From: Felis catus
Lineage: Eukaryota
NCBI RefSeq assembly: GCF_018350175.1
Contig: NC_058368.1
Location: 97,900,001 to 97,964,000 of the forward strand
Direction of reading: 5' to 3'
DNA: 64,000 nucleotides
Shown: one piece after another, positions 62,110-64,000 of the stretch
Layout: each line of letters begins with the position of its first letter
How positions within the stretch are numbered: position 1 is the first letter of the stretch
Program-made: the position numbers and the translations under genes
The notes under the pieces: model-generated
What the model was told of the DNA's origin: nothing
What the model saw: the letters and a program-made list of their open reading frames with translations, nothing else
Databases searched by the model: none

Positions 62110-62600
62110 ATACCTGCTCTTTTTGCTTGTCCTGCATCCATCCCCCTACTACTGGAAAAAGTACCCCAGTTTTCCTTTGGGGAACTAGATTCCCCATTTT
62201 CTGGCCAAGTGTCCAGGTGGGACTCTACATCATGGAGAATGTGACCCTGATTTTCCACGATATCATGTTTGTTTTAGGGAAAGACATCTGACTAAGGAGG
62301 CCAAGCAAAGTGAATTCTGTGGGTTGTGAGTTGAGCTTTCTATAAAACGTGCTCTTTATTTCCTGTTAGACTTGAACACGAAAGGTGTGGATCAGCTATC
62401 TTTGTGGAAGCTGGGAATAAGCCATTGCATTAGGGAACAGGGCAAAGAGAAGGGGAGGGCTAGTTTTGCTGACATAGTTTGAGCCCTGGGTTCAGGTCAT
62501 CTATACATTTTCAATTCATGTGATCCAGTAAATTCCGTTATTTGCTAAATCAGCATGGGTAAGATGTCTATTACGCAACAAAAAGTGATTTAACACATTA
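62110..62600 (+). mobile_element. MLT1-like (MaLR) LTR
   Basis: ttttcaattcatgtgatccagtaaattcc...ctattacgcaacaaaaag resembles an MLT1 3' end. Confidence 0.55.
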
Positions 62601-62630
62601 ATATGGTGATTGAATTCCAAGCAGGTTTTT

Positions 62631-62852
62631 GGGGCACCTGGGTGTCTCAGTCAGTTAAGCGTCTGACTTTGGCTTGGGTCATGATCTCCTGGTTCATGAG
62701 TTCAAGCCCCACATCAGGCTCCACACTGACAGCATAGATCTGCCTTGGGATTCTGTCTCTCCCTCTCTCTCTGCCCCTCCCCTAGTTTCATGCTATCTCT
62801 CTCTCTCTCTCTCTCTCTCAAAAAAAAAAATTAATTAGAAAAAAAAAAAAAA
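62631..62852 (+). mobile_element. Can-SINE
   Basis: SINEC structure. Confidence 0.9.
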
Positions 62853-63291
62853 CAACAGGCTTTTCTTCTCTTGCCCCCTTGGAACACCACCTAAGTGTTT
62901 TTATGTAAAATGTAAAAGAAACATTATTGGATTATTAGGACTCAGAAACTAAAAACTCCACACAAATATATGATTGTATTGAATGTTGGTGCTAGCAGAA
63001 ATGAAAGTAAAAGATCTAAGGAGGGAACTGACAGGTATTTATGGGCTATTGCTCTCATAAAACAAGTTTGGTAAAAGACAACTTCATGCATATATTCATT
63101 CTTCCCCAAGTCCTTTGGGGAGCTAGACTGCGATTAACATCTGTTGGAGCTCTAGTGTCCTAAATACTGACCTTTGCAGTGTAAGCCCAATATCGTTCAG
63201 CAATAATAGATTAGTCTTACACATCTTGCTCTGCACGTCTGCACTGACCATATTCCTGTAATATACCTAATCTAAGATAGGGACAGAGGCA

Positions 63292-63318
63292 GTGTGTGTG
63301 TGTGTGTGTGTGTGTGTG
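63292..63318. repeat. (GT)n microsatellite
   Basis: Seen directly. Confidence 0.9.
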
Positions 63319-64000
63319 CAGATATCTGAACTGGAGATGCATCATACTCCCTGTCCATAAGCGGCAGATAAGTAGCACATTATTTGGAGACACAAAGCTT
63401 CTACTCTTCGTATGTTAGAAACAACATGAAAATTGGATAGCAATAGGGTGACAAGAAAGAGAAATCACAAGGAGGGGTTATTTGTCAAATGACAGAAGAG
63501 TGTTTGTGTTCGGAAGCTGGGCGGATCTTCCTCTGGCTGATGTGGAACAGAAACCTCTCATAGGGCAGTTGGGCTTGTGTGAAGCTTTGATGAATGGATA
63601 GATGTAAAATTATTTAAATTCGAGAGTGATGTGTCAAAGACTGTCTTGTGTTTATGAAATCCAATTTTCGAATCCATTTGTACCCTATCTTGGGCACATG
63701 GCTGACTGTATTTCTGAGTTAGGTGGGGCCATGAAATGTTGGTAGAAGTTATGGTATGCAATATTTGTCTTGGTCCTTAAAACACCAGTCACATGATGCT
63801 GTACATTCTCTCCCTTCCCTGGTCTGTGGTCAGGCCTTGCTTTCTTTCTGTTCCTGTCCAACTTGACATGCTTAGAAATATCCAGGTGCTACTCTTTTCT
63901 TTATTCACTGGACTTGTAGTTTCAGGCCATCTCCTGGCTTCCATACAACACTGCCCCTAGGACACGGCCTGACCCAAATTAAATCAGAAGTGGTTGCAAA

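Noticed and set aside
681..62852. Numerous ORFs with LAQVMISRF/EPASDSVSPSLS/ERERER motifs, and tRNA-like A/B boxes
   Set aside because: All are translations or heads of Can-SINEs, not genes or tRNAs.

Overview
Mammalian genomic DNA, almost certainly from a felid, judged by about 44 Can-SINE/SINEC copies and cat-type L1 3' ends. Bases 1-~1560 (+) hold the 3' end of the testis gene FAM170A: the end of the large coding exon, a short exon carrying the ancestral stop codon, and a non-coding last exon with AATAAA. The main surprise is an in-frame TGA at 159-161, where the human protein (recalled from memory) has Trp. It removes the conserved 17-residue CPGCVFH tail and places the stop about 103 nt upstream of the last exon junction. 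The remaining ~62 kb is intergenic and has no recognisable protein-coding gene. It contains SINEs, young and old L1, L2, MIR, MER53/MER5 DNA elements, LTR16/MLT LTRs, a decayed ERV1-type provirus, microsatellites, one strong CTCF motif, several enhancer-like repeat-free blocks and some candidate minus-strand exons. Nearly all ORFs in the supplied track come from repeats or low-complexity sequence. I found no convincing novel multi-gene system. Repeat family names and edges are assigned by eye and are approximate.
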